From Patescibacteria group bacterium (GTDB taxonomy: Bacteria > Patescibacteriota > Minisyncoccia > UBA6257 > 1-14-0-10-40-38), in the NCBI GenBank assembly GCA_038064975.1, contig JBBTRX010000002.1, forward strand, positions 880 to 64,879: a DNA stretch of 64,000 nucleotides, written 5' to 3'. Under the pieces are notes generated by a model. The model did no database searches and was not told the origin of the DNA. It saw only the letters and a list, made by a program, of their open reading frames with translations. Both the position numbers and the translations under genes were made by a program. Numbering within the stretch: position 1 is the stretch's first letter; each line of letters starts with the position of its first letter. Of this stretch, positions 45,406 to 57,249 are shown piece after piece.

Positions 45406-46419
45406 CTATGCTCCAAAATTCCTCTTCCGCTTATTAAAATCTGCGAGCGCGACTTGAAATTGAGGGACACCGAAATCAGGAAATAGTTCCTCAGCAAAAT
45501 AAAGCTCGGCATATGCCGCTTGCCACGGCATTATTCCCGAAAGACGCTGTTCCCCGCTCGTGCGGATGATAAGATCTGGATCGGGAAAATTATGCGTATC
45601 AAGGGCGGAAGAAAACGCTTCTTCGCCGATTTCCGTTTGTGATCCGCGAAGTTGATTTGCAGCTCTTAGAATCTCATCTCTCCCACCATAGTCCAAAGCA
45701 AGACCCAGTGATCCTTTTTTATAGCGTCGCGTTGTTTCTTCGAGATTATGGAGTTCGGTTACGATATCCTGAGGTAAGCGATCTTTTCTCCCAAAATGTT
45801 TAAAGCTCGCTTCCTGTTCATGTAATTTTGTTTCAATGCGTTTTAGATATCCGCGAAAAATACGCATCAAATGATCTATTTCATATTTGCTCCTGTTCCA
45901 ATTTTCAGTTGAAAAACCCCACAGCGTAAAATAAGGAATCCCCTTTCGGATCGCCTCTTCTAAGAGTGCCATGGTCGTTTCCGCACCCTGCTCATGGCCC
46001 TTCGCGGCTTCCCTTCCCTGCTGTTTTGCCCATCTACGATTTCCGTCAGGAATAATCACAACGTGCTTCGGCACGATTTCTTTTTTTAAATAATGGTCGG
46101 ATAAATTTTTAAACGCGGCAATTTTATCACTGACATAATTTCCCTTCCGCTCAATACTGAATTCCGAAAAATCATTCCGGGCGTCCTCCCGTCTAAATTC
46201 CAGCGATTCAATTTTTGCGAGAGTGGAACCCGCATAGCACCAGTCCAAAAACTTTTTAAGGTTAGATTCTTCCCCTTCCGCAATCGCAAAAACACTCCCG
46301 TCAGATACATTTTCCGCAAAACCAAAAATACCGAGCTTATCGGCTTCTGATTTCATTCCTCTGCGCATAAGGACGCCCTGCACTCTTCCTTTTATAGTAA
46401 TGCTGATGCGTTTCATCAC
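45406..46419 (-). CDS. uppS: fusion protein: N-terminal acylphosphatase domain plus C-terminal undecaprenyl-diphosphate synthase (cis-isoprenyl transferase)
   Basis: 337 aa; residues 1-90 carry the acylphosphatase signature (ITIKGRVQGVLMRRGMKSEADKLGIFGFAEN); residues about 110-337 are UppS (..VVIIPDGNRRWA.., ..RTSGEQRLSGIMPWQAAYAELYF..). Confidence 0.8.
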   Translation of the reverse strand: MMKRISITIKGRVQGVLMRRGMKSEADKLGIFGFAENVSDGSVFAIAEGEESNLKKFLDWCYAGSTLAKIESLEFRREDARNDFSEFSIERKGNYVSDKIAAFKNLSDHYLKKEIVPKHVVIIPDGNRRWAKQQGREAAKGHEQGAETTMALLEEAIRKGIPYFTLWGFSTENWNRSKYEIDHLMRIFRGYLKRIETKLHEQEASFKHFGRKDRLPQDIVTELHNLEETTRRYKKGSLGLALDYGGRDEILRAANQLRGSQTEIGEEAFSSALDTHNFPDPDLIIRTSGEQRLSGIMPWQAAYAELYFAEELFPDFGVPQFQVALADFNKRKRNFGA

Positions 46420-46420
46420 A

Positions 46421-46960
46421 CTATGATAACTCTTCGCGTTTCGGTATAAGTTTCTTCATGATGTACGCCGCACCCATTCCAATGATCGCTCCCGCGAGTA
46501 TGTCCAACGGCCAATGAACTCCAGCCATGACGCGGGCAAGAGCGACAAGGGCTGCAAGCCCTAAAAAGATAGCTCCCCATTTTTTATGGACAAAAAATAT
46601 CGCCATTGCCACTCCAAACATAATAACCGCATGACTAGAGGGAAAACTAGGAGCTTGAGGAAGCGGAATTAACGGTTCAATTCCCAGCACGATCGGCGGA
46701 CGAAGGCGAGTATAAAAGAATTGTATGGCTTCATTAATAATCCCTTTTCCAAGAAGGAGCGTGAGAGAAACGAGAGAAAATGCCCAAAACTTCTTTTTCC
46801 AAGTCGGCTCTAAAAGAATAATAATAGCCGCACTGATTGCGATAAGATACGGCAGATAGCGCGCGAAGAAAATAATAAGCCCGTTGAGAAGAGGAGAAAT
46901 GTGCGCGACACCGAAGAGTAATGAAAATACAGTAGTATCAAATGTCATTGCCCAGTACAT
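46421..46960 (-). CDS. PAP2-family phosphatase (probable undecaprenyl-diphosphate phosphatase, BcrC-like)
   Basis: 179 aa; polytopic; PAP2 motifs KGIINEAIQFFYTRLRP (K-x6-RP), PSSH (PSGH), ARVMAGVHWPLD (SR-x5-H-x3-D). Confidence 0.7.
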   Translation of the reverse strand: MYWAMTFDTTVFSLLFGVAHISPLLNGLIIFFARYLPYLIAISAAIIILLEPTWKKKFWAFSLVSLTLLLGKGIINEAIQFFYTRLRPPIVLGIEPLIPLPQAPSFPSSHAVIMFGVAMAIFFVHKKWGAIFLGLAALVALARVMAGVHWPLDILAGAIIGMGAAYIMKKLIPKREELS

Positions 46961-47003
46961 AAACGATCATCCGCACACCTTAGTGCGGAAGAAGAAACCT
47001 ATA

Positions 47004-47210
47004 TTAGCGGCGGACGAAAGGAAGAATCCCCATAAATCTCGCGCGTTTAATTGCAGTCGCAAGGTGGCGCTGATGTTTCACGCAAGTACCTGTATAACGA
47101 GGATCCACGATCTTAGCTTGGCTTGAAACAAAACGCCGCAGGAGTTCCGTCTCCTTATAATCAATAATATTTACGTTCTGTGAGCAAAAGAAGCACTGTT
47201 GCATAGTCAA
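47004..47210 (-). CDS. rpsR: 30S ribosomal protein S18
   Basis: 68 aa; S18 signature ..FCSQNVNIIDYKETELLRRFVSSQAKI.. and ..ATAIKRARFMGILPF. Confidence 0.9.
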   Translation of the reverse strand: MTMQQCFFCSQNVNIIDYKETELLRRFVSSQAKIVDPRYTGTCVKHQRHLATAIKRARFMGILPFVRR

Positions 47211-47260
47211 ATTAGAGTATAGGATTTAGGGTAAAAAGGCAAGACTTTCCGTTCTCTATC

Positions 47261-47704
47261 TTAGAACGGTAAATCCTCAGTATTAATCTCCTCATCCACG
47301 CTAATAACTGGAATATCGCTCTTAGATTCTTGCGAAATCGCCTCACGATCCGGTGCGGGCCTTGATCCTCCACCGCCGGAACGGGGCCCTAGCTGGAGCC
47401 GTTCCGTAACGATTTCCGTCACTTTATGTTTCACTCCCTGTTTATCGTCCCAAGCTCTCGTTTGCAAGCGTCCCTCTATAAAGACAAGTCCGCCCTTGGT
47501 AAGAAATTTACTCGCTACTTCAGCCTGGCGTCCCCACACAACAATATTGTGGAATTCCGTTGATTCCTGTTTCTGACCCTGTTTATCATTCCAAGTTCGA
47601 TTTGTAGCAATGCTAAACGTTGCAACCGCCTGACCGGTAGTAGTAGACCTGAGTTGTGGATCCGCAGTGAGCCTTCCGAAAAGTAAAACTTTATTGAGAT
47701 TCAT
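47261..47704 (-). CDS. ssb: single-stranded DNA-binding protein
   Basis: 147 aa; OB-fold N-terminal domain (MNLNKVLLFGRLTADPQLR..), Gly-rich linker and acidic C-terminal tip ..DLPF. Confidence 0.9.
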   Translation of the reverse strand: MNLNKVLLFGRLTADPQLRSTTTGQAVATFSIATNRTWNDKQGQKQESTEFHNIVVWGRQAEVASKFLTKGGLVFIEGRLQTRAWDDKQGVKHKVTEIVTERLQLGPRSGGGGSRPAPDREAISQESKSDIPVISVDEEINTEDLPF

Positions 47705-47799
47705 AACATTAACGCATAACTCGCTACTTATAACTTACAACAAATGCCCTATCCTCGCAATTTTTTCTTCGTTGTTAGTGGTAAGTTTTTAGTTGTCAG

Positions 47800-48195
47800 T
47801 TATTTCAAGATTTCCTCAAGCCGTTGAGCGAGATCTTCGTTGCTTAAGACTGTTGATTCTGCCGGCTTTATCTTTTCTTGCGGACGCCGTTCACGTTCTG
47901 AACGCCGAGCGGAAGGAAGTTGACGGACGGTAATAAGAAATCGAATCACGTTTGCTTCCATGCGAAGCTGACTCTCTAAACCAGCCATACTCTCCGTGAC
48001 TGCGGAAAATACGATAAAACCAAAGAATGCTCTATTCTTTTTTTTGATGGTATACGCCAATTCCCGTTCGGTAACCGGAGACTCTTCTGTTATTGAAGCA
48101 CCGGCTTGAAGAAGCGCCTTTTTGATTATTTCAGCATGTTCTGCGCTTTCAAGCAGGAATCCTATTTCGTATATTTTCTTTACTGTTTCTTCCAT
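47800..48195 (-). CDS. rpsF: 30S ribosomal protein S6
   Basis: 131 aa; S6 N-terminal ferredoxin-like fold (..YEIGFLLESAEHAE.., ..ELAYTIKKKNRAFFGFIVF..); rpsF-ssb-rpsR gene order. Confidence 0.85.
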   Translation of the reverse strand: MEETVKKIYEIGFLLESAEHAEIIKKALLQAGASITEESPVTERELAYTIKKKNRAFFGFIVFSAVTESMAGLESQLRMEANVIRFLITVRQLPSARRSERERRPQEKIKPAESTVLSNEDLAQRLEEILK

Positions 48196-48251
48196 AATTT
48201 TCGTTCCGTTACCGTATCACACTAGGGCGGTACGGCGCAAGGATAAGCCGC

Positions 48252-51200
48252 TTATGCCACATTTTCCGCCTCTGCGACTGTTTCTGATTCATGTTCCACT
48301 CCTTCATTGTCAAAATGATGCTTGGAAAGATATCCTGTTCCTGCTGGGATAAGCCGTCCGATAATAACGTTTTCCTTAAGGCCGCGAAGTTTATCCATGC
48401 GCGCCTCAACCGATGCATTGATAAGAACACGAGCGGTTTCCATAAATGATGCAGCTGACAAGAAGCTTTCTGTTGAAAGTGCAACTTTAGTGATTCCGAG
48501 AAGCAATTGCTGTGCTTTAGCAGGAGACTTCCCTTCTTTCTTGGCATTACGATTAACTTCAAGAAAGACGGATTTTTCCACAACATCGCCGCGGACAAAG
48601 TAGGTATCTCCCGTTTCAACAATTTTCACGCGAGAGAACATCTGCCGAACAATGATTTCAATATGTTTGTTGTTAATCACAGCACCTTCAGAAAGATAAA
48701 TCTTTTGAATTTCGTGCAAAATCATCCGTTCAACTTCACGTCCGCCTTTCAACTTAAACACCTCACGCAAATCTGCGGGACCATGGGAAAGGTGATCTCC
48801 CTTTTTCACGATATCCCCTACTTTTACGTTAAGCCATGAGGAACGAGGCACCGGGTATTCAAGAAGTTTTTTCTGCTTCCCTTCCGGCTGTAGACGCACG
48901 TATTTTATGAGTCCCTTTTCTTCAATTTCCACTACTACTCCGTCAGCTTCCGCGAGAAACGCTTTTCCTTTCGGAGCACGTGCTTCAAAGACTTCTTCTA
49001 CGCGAGGAAGACCGTGCGTAATGTCGGCTCCCGCGACTCCTCCGATATGGAATGTTCTCATCGTAAGTTGAGTTCCCGGCTCTCCAATAGATTGTGCAGC
49101 AACAACACCAACGGTCTCGCCCACCTTAATAGGCTGGTTTTTACCCAAGTCATAGCCATAACATTTTGAGCAAACGCCGTAGAGTGTTTTGCAGGTAATC
49201 GGAGATCTGATTTTAAGCGATTCAATCTTATGTTCTGCGTCAATAATATCCGCAGTCTTTCTATCAATCATTTCCCCGCCTTTTGCCAAAATTTTATTCC
49301 CCACCTTAACATCATCCACAACTGTGCGAGAGAATATTTTATTCGCAAATGCATATCCGAACTCCAATCCTTCACTGCGGAGCGCATCAACGCCTTCCCG
49401 CGTCTTACAATCTTCTTCGCGAATAATCAAATCTTGGGAAACGTCTACTAATCTGCGGGTAAGGTACCCTGCTTGTGCGGTTTTAAGTGCGGTATCCGTA
49501 AGACCCTTACGAGAGCCGTGAGTTGAAATAAAGTATTCCAAAACGTTAAATCCTTCTTTGTATGAAGATTTAACCGGGAGCTCAATGGTTTCTCCTTGGT
49601 TGTTTTGCACCAAACCTTTCATACCCATCATCTGTGCCGGCTGTGACCACGATCCTCTTGCACCTGAGGCGATAATGCTGTGGACGGAACTGTGTTTGTC
49701 CAACGTGCGAGGAACAATTTCTTTTCCAATCTTATCGTTTGTTTTTTTCCAAATCTCAATGATACGCTCGCGGCGTTCCGCATTCGTCAAAAATCCTTCT
49801 TCGTATTGATTCCGAACTTTTTCAGCCGCCACTTCTGCTTCTTTCAAAATACCCTTCTTCTCGGGTGGCACGCGCAAATCATCCATACCCCAACTGATGC
49901 CGGACTTGGTTGCGTAAGTAAATCCGATTTCCTTGATAGCATCCAAATGTTCGCGGGCGATATCAATACCATATAGTGTGATAAGCTCACCTACGATTTT
50001 TGAGAGATCTTTCTTGGTTAACAAATGATTAATATACGGAAAATCAGCCGGCAATACGCGGTTGAATAAAATTCTGCCAACAGTAGTTTCCAATTCTTCA
50101 CCATTCGCTTCTTTGATTTTAATGATCGCGTTAATCGGCGTAAGATCGCATTCATAGGCGTAAATTGCATCGTCTTGGCTTGCGAATAGTGATACCTTTG
50201 ATTTCGCGCTTTCAAGCGAATTCATAAGATAATAAACGCCCAACACGATATCCAATGCTGGAGAAACGATCGGGTCTCCCGTTGCAGGCTTCAATAAGTT
50301 CAGACTCGCAAGCATGAGTGTGCGTGCTTCCTCCTGCGCTTCATGAGAAAGCGGAAGGTGTACTGCCATTTGATCTCCGTCAAAGTCCGCGTTAAACGCA
50401 GTACAGACGAGCGGAGGAATTTGGATAGCCAAGTCTTCAGTCAAGCGTGGCTTGAATGCCTGAACGCCAAGACGGTGGAGCGTTGGGGCGCGGTTAAGTA
50501 ATACGTAGCGGTCAGCAATAACTTCTTCAAGAATCTCCCAAACTTCCGGAGGGGCCTGTTCAATAAGACGATTGGAATTTCTGATATTGTGCGCGAGTCC
50601 GCGTTCAATAATTTTATGAATAACAAACGGCTTAAAGAGTTCAAGTGCCATTTTTTTAGGCAATCCGCATTCCCCTAACTTCAGATGTGGACCGACTACG
50701 ATGACGGAACGGCCGGAATAGTCTACGCGTTTTCCGAGAAGGTTTTGGCGGAATCTACCTTGCTTTCCTTTCAACATGTCCGAAAGAGAACGCAATGGGC
50801 GGCGCTGACTTGAGAGTTGTTGAGACCCCAAGCGAGCAGTGTTATCAATAAGTGCATCCACTGCTTCTTGAAGCATGCGTTTTTCGTTCGTGACGATAAC
50901 TTCCGGAGCTTTGAGCTCCATTAACTTTTTCAAACGGTTATTGCGATTAATAACACGGCGGTAGAGATCGTTTAAGTCAGAAGTCGCATAACGTCCCCCA
51001 TCAAGAGCAACCATAGGGCGAAGATCCGGCGGCAATACAGGGAGTACCGTCATGATCATCCACTCCGGACGCATATTGTTCGTCATGAATGATTTTGCGA
51101 GCTTGATGCGGCGCAAAATTCTACTTTCCTTCAAAGAATCCTTGAGGTGCTCCAAACTCTTTTCCATCTCAACAATCATTTTTCCCAAATCAACTTCCGA

Positions 51201-51860
51201 GAGAATCTTACGGATTGCTTCCGCGCCGCTCCCCGCTTCAAACACATCTCCAAATCGCTTTGCAATATTGTAGTATTGGGATTCCGAAAGCACGTTGCCG
51301 ATAGCGAGATCTTCAAGAATATCCTTTATCTCTTCCATTGCCGTTTCCAAGTCTTCTACAGTAGAGCCTTCGCCTTCAATAGTTTTTTTGCGAGCTTTAA
51401 ATTCTTTTTCCAAATCCTGAAGCGCACGCTTTCTATTTTCTTCATGCACTGCAGTAACCACGTATGCAGCGTAATAAATAACGCGCTCTAATTTTGCGAG
51501 AGGGATGTTGAGGAAAAGTCCGATTTTTGAGGGAACATTTTTGAAAAACCAAATATGCGCGACAGGTGCCGCGAGCATAATATGACCAAGCCGTTCACGG
51601 CGCACGATAGATCGCGTTACTTCAACTCCACACTTATCGCACACTACACCCTTATAGCGGGCACGGCGATATTTTCCGCAGTAACACTCCCAATCCTTTG
51701 TAGGACCGAAAATGCGTTCAGAAAAAAGACCGTCCTTTTCCGGGCGCTGAGTCCGATAATTGATCGTTTCCGGCTTGATAACTTCGCCGTGAGACCACTT
51801 TAAAACATCTTCGGGCGAGGCAAGCGTAATTCTTATGGCATCAAAATGTCCTCTGTTCAT
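48252..51860 (-). CDS. rpoC: DNA-directed RNA polymerase subunit beta-prime
   Basis: 1202 aa; zinc-binding N-terminus ([22 protein letters not shown]), catalytic NADFDGD motif ([14 protein letters not shown]), bridge helix and trigger loop regions. Confidence 0.97.
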   Translation of the reverse strand: MNRGHFDAIRITLASPEDVLKWSHGEVIKPETINYRTQRPEKDGLFSERIFGPTKDWECYCGKYRRARYKGVVCDKCGVEVTRSIVRRERLGHIMLAAPVAHIWFFKNVPSKIGLFLNIPLAKLERVIYYAAYVVTAVHEENRKRALQDLEKEFKARKKTIEGEGSTVEDLETAMEEIKDILEDLAIGNVLSESQYYNIAKRFGDVFEAGSGAEAIRKILSEVDLGKMIVEMEKSLEHLKDSLKESRILRRIKLAKSFMTNNMRPEWMIMTVLPVLPPDLRPMVALDGGRYATSDLNDLYRRVINRNNRLKKLMELKAPEVIVTNEKRMLQEAVDALIDNTARLGSQQLSSQRRPLRSLSDMLKGKQGRFRQNLLGKRVDYSGRSVIVVGPHLKLGECGLPKKMALELFKPFVIHKIIERGLAHNIRNSNRLIEQAPPEVWEILEEVIADRYVLLNRAPTLHRLGVQAFKPRLTEDLAIQIPPLVCTAFNADFDGDQMAVHLPLSHEAQEEARTLMLASLNLLKPATGDPIVSPALDIVLGVYYLMNSLESAKSKVSLFASQDDAIYAYECDLTPINAIIKIKEANGEELETTVGRILFNRVLPADFPYINHLLTKKDLSKIVGELITLYGIDIAREHLDAIKEIGFTYATKSGISWGMDDLRVPPEKKGILKEAEVAAEKVRNQYEEGFLTNAERRERIIEIWKKTNDKIGKEIVPRTLDKHSSVHSIIASGARGSWSQPAQMMGMKGLVQNNQGETIELPVKSSYKEGFNVLEYFISTHGSRKGLTDTALKTAQAGYLTRRLVDVSQDLIIREEDCKTREGVDALRSEGLEFGYAFANKIFSRTVVDDVKVGNKILAKGGEMIDRKTADIIDAEHKIESLKIRSPITCKTLYGVCSKCYGYDLGKNQPIKVGETVGVVAAQSIGEPGTQLTMRTFHIGGVAGADITHGLPRVEEVFEARAPKGKAFLAEADGVVVEIEEKGLIKYVRLQPEGKQKKLLEYPVPRSSWLNVKVGDIVKKGDHLSHGPADLREVFKLKGGREVERMILHEIQKIYLSEGAVINNKHIEIIVRQMFSRVKIVETGDTYFVRGDVVEKSVFLEVNRNAKKEGKSPAKAQQLLLGITKVALSTESFLSAASFMETARVLINASVEARMDKLRGLKENVIIGRLIPAGTGYLSKHHFDNEGVEHESETVAEAENVA

Positions 51861-51868
51861 AAATGTTT

Positions 51869-54800
51869 TTATTCGGCTGGTGTTTCCTCAACTTCTTCCC
51901 CTCTCGACCCTCCGTCATACATGAGCTCAATATGAAATCCAAGGGATTTCAATTCGCTCACAAGCACGTTAAATGACGCAGGAAGGTTTGGATTTTTAAT
52001 TTTTTCTCCGCGAATGATTGACTCGTATGCTGCAGACCGCCCGAGAATATCGTCTGATTTTGTCGTGAGCATTTCTTGGAGCGTATGCGCCGCACCGTAT
52101 CCCTCAAGAGCCCACACTTCCATTTCTCCAAAGCGCTGTCCTCCGAATTGGGCTTTTCCTCCTAATGGCTGCTGAGTAATTAAGGAGTATGGACCAATAG
52201 AGCGCATGTGGATCTTGTCTTCCACTAAGTGATTAAGCTTCATGATATACATGACGCCAACAGTTACCGGCTGAGAAAATGCTTGTCCGGTCCGTCCGTC
52301 AAAAAGAGTAACCTTGCCACTCTCATTAATACCAGCGGCTCTAAGTTCTGTTTTGATCTGCGTTTCTGTGGCACCTGCAAATGACGGTGTAATGGCACGG
52401 TATCCTAACTTTTTCGCCGCCCATCCCAAATGCGTTTCAAGAATTTGTCCCAAGTTCATGCGGGAAGGCACGCCCAAAGGATTTAAAATAACATCAACTG
52501 GAGTACCGTCTTCAAGATAAGGCATGTCTTCCACCGGGCGGACTTGGGAAATAACTCCCTTGTTGCCGTAGCGTCCAGCGAGCTTATCGCCTGCGCGGAT
52601 TTTGCGGAGCTGTGCAACCTCAACCTGAATACGAGTAATGATGCCTGGCTCAAGTTTGTCCCCTCTGTCACGAGAAAATACTTTAATACCGACAACACGG
52701 CCATATTTTCCGTGAGGCAGAGTAAGCGAAGTATCTTTTACGTCGCGGGCTTTTTCACCGAAAATAGCGCGGAGCAAACGCTCTTCAGACGTAAGCTCGC
52801 TTTCTCCCTTCGGAGAAATTTTACCGACAAGAATATCTCCTGCACGGACTTCCGCACCGATACGCACAACACCGATCTCATCAAGATTTCTTAATTTTTC
52901 TTCAGAAACGTTTGGAATATCCGGCGTAGTCATCTCAGGACCAAGCTTCGTATCGCGAACATCGCAATAGAAATCTTCAATATGAATTGAAGTGAAGCGG
53001 TCGTCTTGAACCACACGTTCGGAAACGATAATAGCGTCTTCAAAGTTTGCGCCTTCCCACGAGAGGAATGCTACGACTAAGTTTTGTCCCAAGGCGAGTA
53101 CGCCGTTATCAATAGAAGGGCCGTCAACGAGCACGTCTCCCTTTTTTACCTTTGCGCCCCGCTCTACGAGCGGTCGCTGGGAAATACAGGTGAATTGGTT
53201 GGATCGTTTAAATTTAGTGAGCGGATACTCATGCTTCTTACCAGACTTTCCTTCTAGTATGAGATGCATACCATCTACCTCGTGAACAGTTCCGTCTTCA
53301 GGAGCTTGAATAACGTATCCAGAATCAAGTGCAACTTTCTCTTCCGTTCCCGTAGAAACGAACGGTGCTTGCGGACGGATAGAAACAACCGCTTGCCGTT
53401 GCATGTTTGCACCCATGGCTGCGCGGCTCGCGTCATTGTGAATTAAAAATGGGATAAGCGAAGCCGCAACGCTGACTGCCTGGTTAGGAGCAACGTCCAT
53501 CAGAGTAACTTCAGTGTTACTGCAGGTTCCCGGACCTCCATGAATACGAGCTTCAACACTGTCATCTAAAATAAGGCCATCGCTGTCAAAACGGATTCCT
53601 GCGTGCGCAATAATATGCTTTTCTTCTTCAAACGCATCAAGCCAAACAATCTCTTTCGTAAGGCGTTTATTTTTTACCACAATATATGGCGTTTCCATGA
53701 AACCGAGCTCGTTGATACGAGTGAAATTTGCGAAGTGACTGATAAGACCGATATTCGCTCCTTCAGGAGTTTGAATCGGACAAATGCGTCCATAGTGAGA
53801 GCGATGTACGTCGCGTACTTCAAAACCGGCACGCTCACGAGTAAGACCTCCTTGGCCCATCGCGGAGATGCGACGCTTGTGTTCAATTTCCGTTAAAGGA
53901 TTTACCTGATCCATGAACTGTGAGAGTTGGGATGAAACAAAGAAATCCCGAACCACGGAAATAACAGGCCGAGTGTTCACGAGCTGAACCGGAGTAATAA
54001 CATTAATATCTAATGTAGACATGCGGTCCTGAACAATACGGCGCATGCGCGCAAGGCCGATGCGCAAGCGAGATTGTACAAGCTCCCCTACTGGACGGAC
54101 ACGACGATTGCCAAGGTGATCAATGTCATCAGGCTCTGCGTCAGGCGCATTGTTGAGCCGGATAATTTCGCGCAAAATAGCGATAAGATCTTCTTTCGTA
54201 AGAAGCTTACTCCCCTCTTTTTTCGGTTTGCCATGCAAACGTTGATTGATTTTAAACCGCCCTACTTCTGAAAGGTCGTAGCGGTCTCCGCGCTGGAACA
54301 TAGCGTCGATCAAGCTCTTCATGTTATCAACGCTCGCCAAATCTCCCGGACGAATGCGTTTATAAATTTCTACATATGCATCATCCAAGCTCTTTGCAGT
54401 GTCTTTTTTGAGCGTAGCTTCAATATACTTAATAGATTCAGTATCAATATCGGCAAAATCTTTCATGCCGGTTTCTGGATCCCATCCAAAAATACGAAGC
54501 AAGTCAGTTACTGCAACTTTTCTGCGGCGATCAATTTTAACACCAATAAAACCATCCGCATCAGTTTCAAATTCAAGCCAAACACCGCGGTTCGGAATAA
54601 CTTTCGCGCCAAATAATTTTTTTCCTCTCCACAGATGCGCGGTATAATAGACTCCGGCGGATCTGATCAATTGAGACACTACAATACGCTCAACTCCGTT
54701 TACAATAAAAGTACCTCGCTCCGTCATGGCCGGGAAATCACCGAAGTATACTTCTTGCTCACGCTCTTCTTTAGTCTTGTTGTTGACGAGTCTCAGCTTA

Positions 54801-55093
54801 ACGCGAAGAGGAATTTCGTACGTTAAATCTTTAAGCTTCGCATACGCTTCATCGTACTTCGGCTCATCAAAATAGTATTCTACAAACTGCAATTCGAGAT
54901 CCTTCCCTGTATAGTCAGTAATAGGAAAAACTTCTTCAAAAAGCTCTTTCAATCCCTTGGCCCGGAACCACTTATCCGATTCAATTTGGATCTTCGCAAG
55001 ATGGTCTTGTTCTACGACATGACCTGGGTGCGAAGAAAAGATTTTAGTAGGAAGTTTTTGCATGGGATTGCTTATTGGAGAAAAAAACGCCAC
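51869..55093 (-). CDS. rpoB: DNA-directed RNA polymerase subunit beta
   Basis: 1074 aa; conserved beta motifs throughout (rifampicin cluster region ..[12 protein letters not shown].., ..GEMEVWALE.. near the C-terminus). Confidence 0.97.
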   Translation of the reverse strand: MAFFSPISNPMQKLPTKIFSSHPGHVVEQDHLAKIQIESDKWFRAKGLKELFEEVFPITDYTGKDLELQFVEYYFDEPKYDEAYAKLKDLTYEIPLRVKLRLVNNKTKEEREQEVYFGDFPAMTERGTFIVNGVERIVVSQLIRSAGVYYTAHLWRGKKLFGAKVIPNRGVWLEFETDADGFIGVKIDRRRKVAVTDLLRIFGWDPETGMKDFADIDTESIKYIEATLKKDTAKSLDDAYVEIYKRIRPGDLASVDNMKSLIDAMFQRGDRYDLSEVGRFKINQRLHGKPKKEGSKLLTKEDLIAILREIIRLNNAPDAEPDDIDHLGNRRVRPVGELVQSRLRIGLARMRRIVQDRMSTLDINVITPVQLVNTRPVISVVRDFFVSSQLSQFMDQVNPLTEIEHKRRISAMGQGGLTRERAGFEVRDVHRSHYGRICPIQTPEGANIGLISHFANFTRINELGFMETPYIVVKNKRLTKEIVWLDAFEEEKHIIAHAGIRFDSDGLILDDSVEARIHGGPGTCSNTEVTLMDVAPNQAVSVAASLIPFLIHNDASRAAMGANMQRQAVVSIRPQAPFVSTGTEEKVALDSGYVIQAPEDGTVHEVDGMHLILEGKSGKKHEYPLTKFKRSNQFTCISQRPLVERGAKVKKGDVLVDGPSIDNGVLALGQNLVVAFLSWEGANFEDAIIVSERVVQDDRFTSIHIEDFYCDVRDTKLGPEMTTPDIPNVSEEKLRNLDEIGVVRIGAEVRAGDILVGKISPKGESELTSEERLLRAIFGEKARDVKDTSLTLPHGKYGRVVGIKVFSRDRGDKLEPGIITRIQVEVAQLRKIRAGDKLAGRYGNKGVISQVRPVEDMPYLEDGTPVDVILNPLGVPSRMNLGQILETHLGWAAKKLGYRAITPSFAGATETQIKTELRAAGINESGKVTLFDGRTGQAFSQPVTVGVMYIMKLNHLVEDKIHMRSIGPYSLITQQPLGGKAQFGGQRFGEMEVWALEGYGAAHTLQEMLTTKSDDILGRSAAYESIIRGEKIKNPNLPASFNVLVSELKSLGFHIELMYDGGSRGEEVEETPAE

Positions 55094-55145
55094 CGGATAG
55101 CCACAAAGTCCGCTTCCGGGGCAGATTAGTGATTAATAGTAAACC

Positions 55146-56150
55146 CTATAAATGCAAATACTGAGCTCGATGCTCATTATGCTCTTCTAATGTTTTTGAG
55201 AAAATTGTCTGCTGTGTCTGCGGCGCCGACAGATAATAGAGGAAGTCGCTGGTCTTCGGGTTCCGCGCAGCTATAATAGCGTCCGAACCCGGATTCGCTA
55301 TTGGAAACGGCGGGATCCCCCTATGCAAATAGGTATTGACTTTTGATTGTATGCGAAAATTACTTTTTGTCAAGGGGTCACATCCTTTTGATCTCCCCTC
55401 GCAGGCAAGGTAGACGATTGTAGCATCAACCTGGAGCGGAATGCCAATTTTCAGTCTTTTTTGAAAAATACCGGAAACAATGCGCCGATCCTCTGAAAAT
55501 GGAACTTCTCGCTCAATAAGCGAGGCGAGAATTAGATTATTGTACCAATCAGGAGAAAGCTCATCGCCGGTTCGACCAAAAAGCGGCAACGCTTTGATGG
55601 TAAAATTCTCAAGCATTTTATTTACGATATCCCCCGCAGTCGCATCCGGAGAAATTCTATAGGTATCCGGAAATAAAAATCCTTCAAGAGTTTTAGCTTT
55701 AGCAAGAAAAGGATATTTTTCAGTAAACGCATTCACGGGAAATTTAGCGATTTCTCCAGCGGCAATAAGTCCGAGCTCGGAAAACTGGTCGTCAATATCT
55801 TTCAGCGTTTTCCCTTCGGTCACTACAACAACAAGATCAGCCGGACCGGCGGCGATCATTTTTACGATTTTCGGCGTGCTCATCGCCGTAGTAATCGGAT
55901 AGAGTCCTGGCTTCAATGTATGAGCTGATCCGCTCACAATTCCATACGCCTTAAAGGCATTCTTAGAACGGATCAGATTACCACCCGCTAAAAGTTCCGC
56001 GATTTCTTCTACTCCCATTCCCGATGTCACGGTTATCACGCGAGCGCTTCCACCCTCCACGCCGATCGGTGCCAAAAGATACGTTGAATATAAAAAAAAG
56101 AAAAGAAAGAGCAACGAGCCGCTTGTAGTAATGGTTCTGGAAAATCGCAT
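55146..56150 (-). CDS. mltG: endolytic murein transglycosylase MltG (YceG-like)
   Basis: 334 aa; N-terminal TM anchor; YceG-domain C-terminal signature ..NTYLHRGIPPFPIANPGSDAIIAARNPKTSDFLYYL.. Confidence 0.8.
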   Translation of the reverse strand: MRFSRTITTSGSLLFLFFFLYSTYLLAPIGVEGGSARVITVTSGMGVEEIAELLAGGNLIRSKNAFKAYGIVSGSAHTLKPGLYPITTAMSTPKIVKMIAAGPADLVVVVTEGKTLKDIDDQFSELGLIAAGEIAKFPVNAFTEKYPFLAKAKTLEGFLFPDTYRISPDATAGDIVNKMLENFTIKALPLFGRTGDELSPDWYNNLILASLIEREVPFSEDRRIVSGIFQKRLKIGIPLQVDATIVYLACEGRSKGCDPLTKSNFRIQSKVNTYLHRGIPPFPIANPGSDAIIAARNPKTSDFLYYLSAPQTQQTIFSKTLEEHNEHRAQYLHL

Positions 56151-56168
56151 AGTAAGAGTATGAAAAAA

Positions 56169-57248
56169 CTAAAAACGCTCACGCGCTGCAATACTCTGGA
56201 TAATACCGATGAGTATTGCCTTCGTCAACAAGCTGGATCCGCCATAACTCACGAACGGGAGCGTCACCCCAATAACGGGAACAAGCGCGAGATTAGATCC
56301 AACGTTAAGAGCAAACTCTGCCAAAAAGAGACTTGCCGTTCCCAAACATAAAAATTGGGAAAAGGCGTCCCTACTCCCCAGCCCAATAATAATGATACGC
56401 AAAACGAGCAGTATAAAAGCGCCGATTAAAATAATAGCTCCGACAAAGCCCCACTCTTCTACGAAAGCGGCGAAAATAAAATCAGTGCCCGGCTCCGTGA
56501 GAAACCCAAGCTGTGTTTGCGTCCCATGACCAAACCCTTTTCCAAACCAACCGGACGAACCGATGGCAATTTTTGCCTGGATCACACTATAGTTAACGCC
56601 TAAAGGATCATAGCTCGGCTGAAAAAAACCGACGATTCTTTCTTTTTGATAATCAGCAAGCGCAAAATGCCACGCAAAAAAACTTAGCACGAGAAGAATA
56701 CTAAACCCAATAACGATATGGCGCCACCTGATTCCAGAGGCGAGCAGAAATCCTCCCCAAATACTAAAAACAACAAGTGCGGATCCCCAGTCAGGCTGAG
56801 CAATAATAAGTCCCGCCGGCAAAAGTACATATAAAAAACTGATTGCAAGATTGGAGACGTGAGCAATGCCAATATGCCGTCGGGCGAAAAAATAGGAAAG
56901 TAAAATAATAAGTGCGATCTTAGCGAGTTCCGCAGGTTGGAATCTCATCGGACCGATTATTATCCATGCGTGGATGTTTCTAATCGCCGGAGAAAAAAGC
57001 GCGGCGATAAGCAGACATAGGGTTACAAAATAAATAAGAAAGAGCATCCACCGATAATTAATAATCGGACGGAAATCGATATATAAGAAGAGACCTATAA
57101 TAACGATTGATATCCCGAACCAGAGCGCTTGTGACCTAAAAAGATCCTGGGAAACACTTGCAAGTCCTACAAGGCTTACTAACATGAGCACACAAAAAGC
57201 GAGCGTAAGAAGCTTATCTTGGCGTTTAAAGAGTCCAAAAAAAGGCAT
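56169..57248 (-). CDS. SEDS-family peptidoglycan glycosyltransferase (RodA/FtsW)
   Basis: about 360 aa from Met MPFFGLFKRQDK; 10 TM architecture; conserved C-terminal region ..SDFIFAAFVEEWGFVGAIILI.. and ..LPFVSYGGSSLL.. Confidence 0.8.
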   Translation of the reverse strand: MPFFGLFKRQDKLLTLAFCVLMLVSLVGLASVSQDLFRSQALWFGISIVIIGLFLYIDFRPIINYRWMLFLIYFVTLCLLIAALFSPAIRNIHAWIIIGPMRFQPAELAKIALIILLSYFFARRHIGIAHVSNLAISFLYVLLPAGLIIAQPDWGSALVVFSIWGGFLLASGIRWRHIVIGFSILLVLSFFAWHFALADYQKERIVGFFQPSYDPLGVNYSVIQAKIAIGSSGWFGKGFGHGTQTQLGFLTEPGTDFIFAAFVEEWGFVGAIILIGAFILLVLRIIIIGLGSRDAFSQFLCLGTASLFLAEFALNVGSNLALVPVIGVTLPFVSYGGSSLLTKAILIGIIQSIAARERF

Positions 57249-57249
57249 G

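Noticed and set aside
48252-55093. Numerous 60-120 aa ORFs on the plus strand within rpoB/rpoC (and similarly within secA, mrdA, alaS, dnaG)
   Set aside because: They are antisense to long, highly conserved genes; no independent signals.
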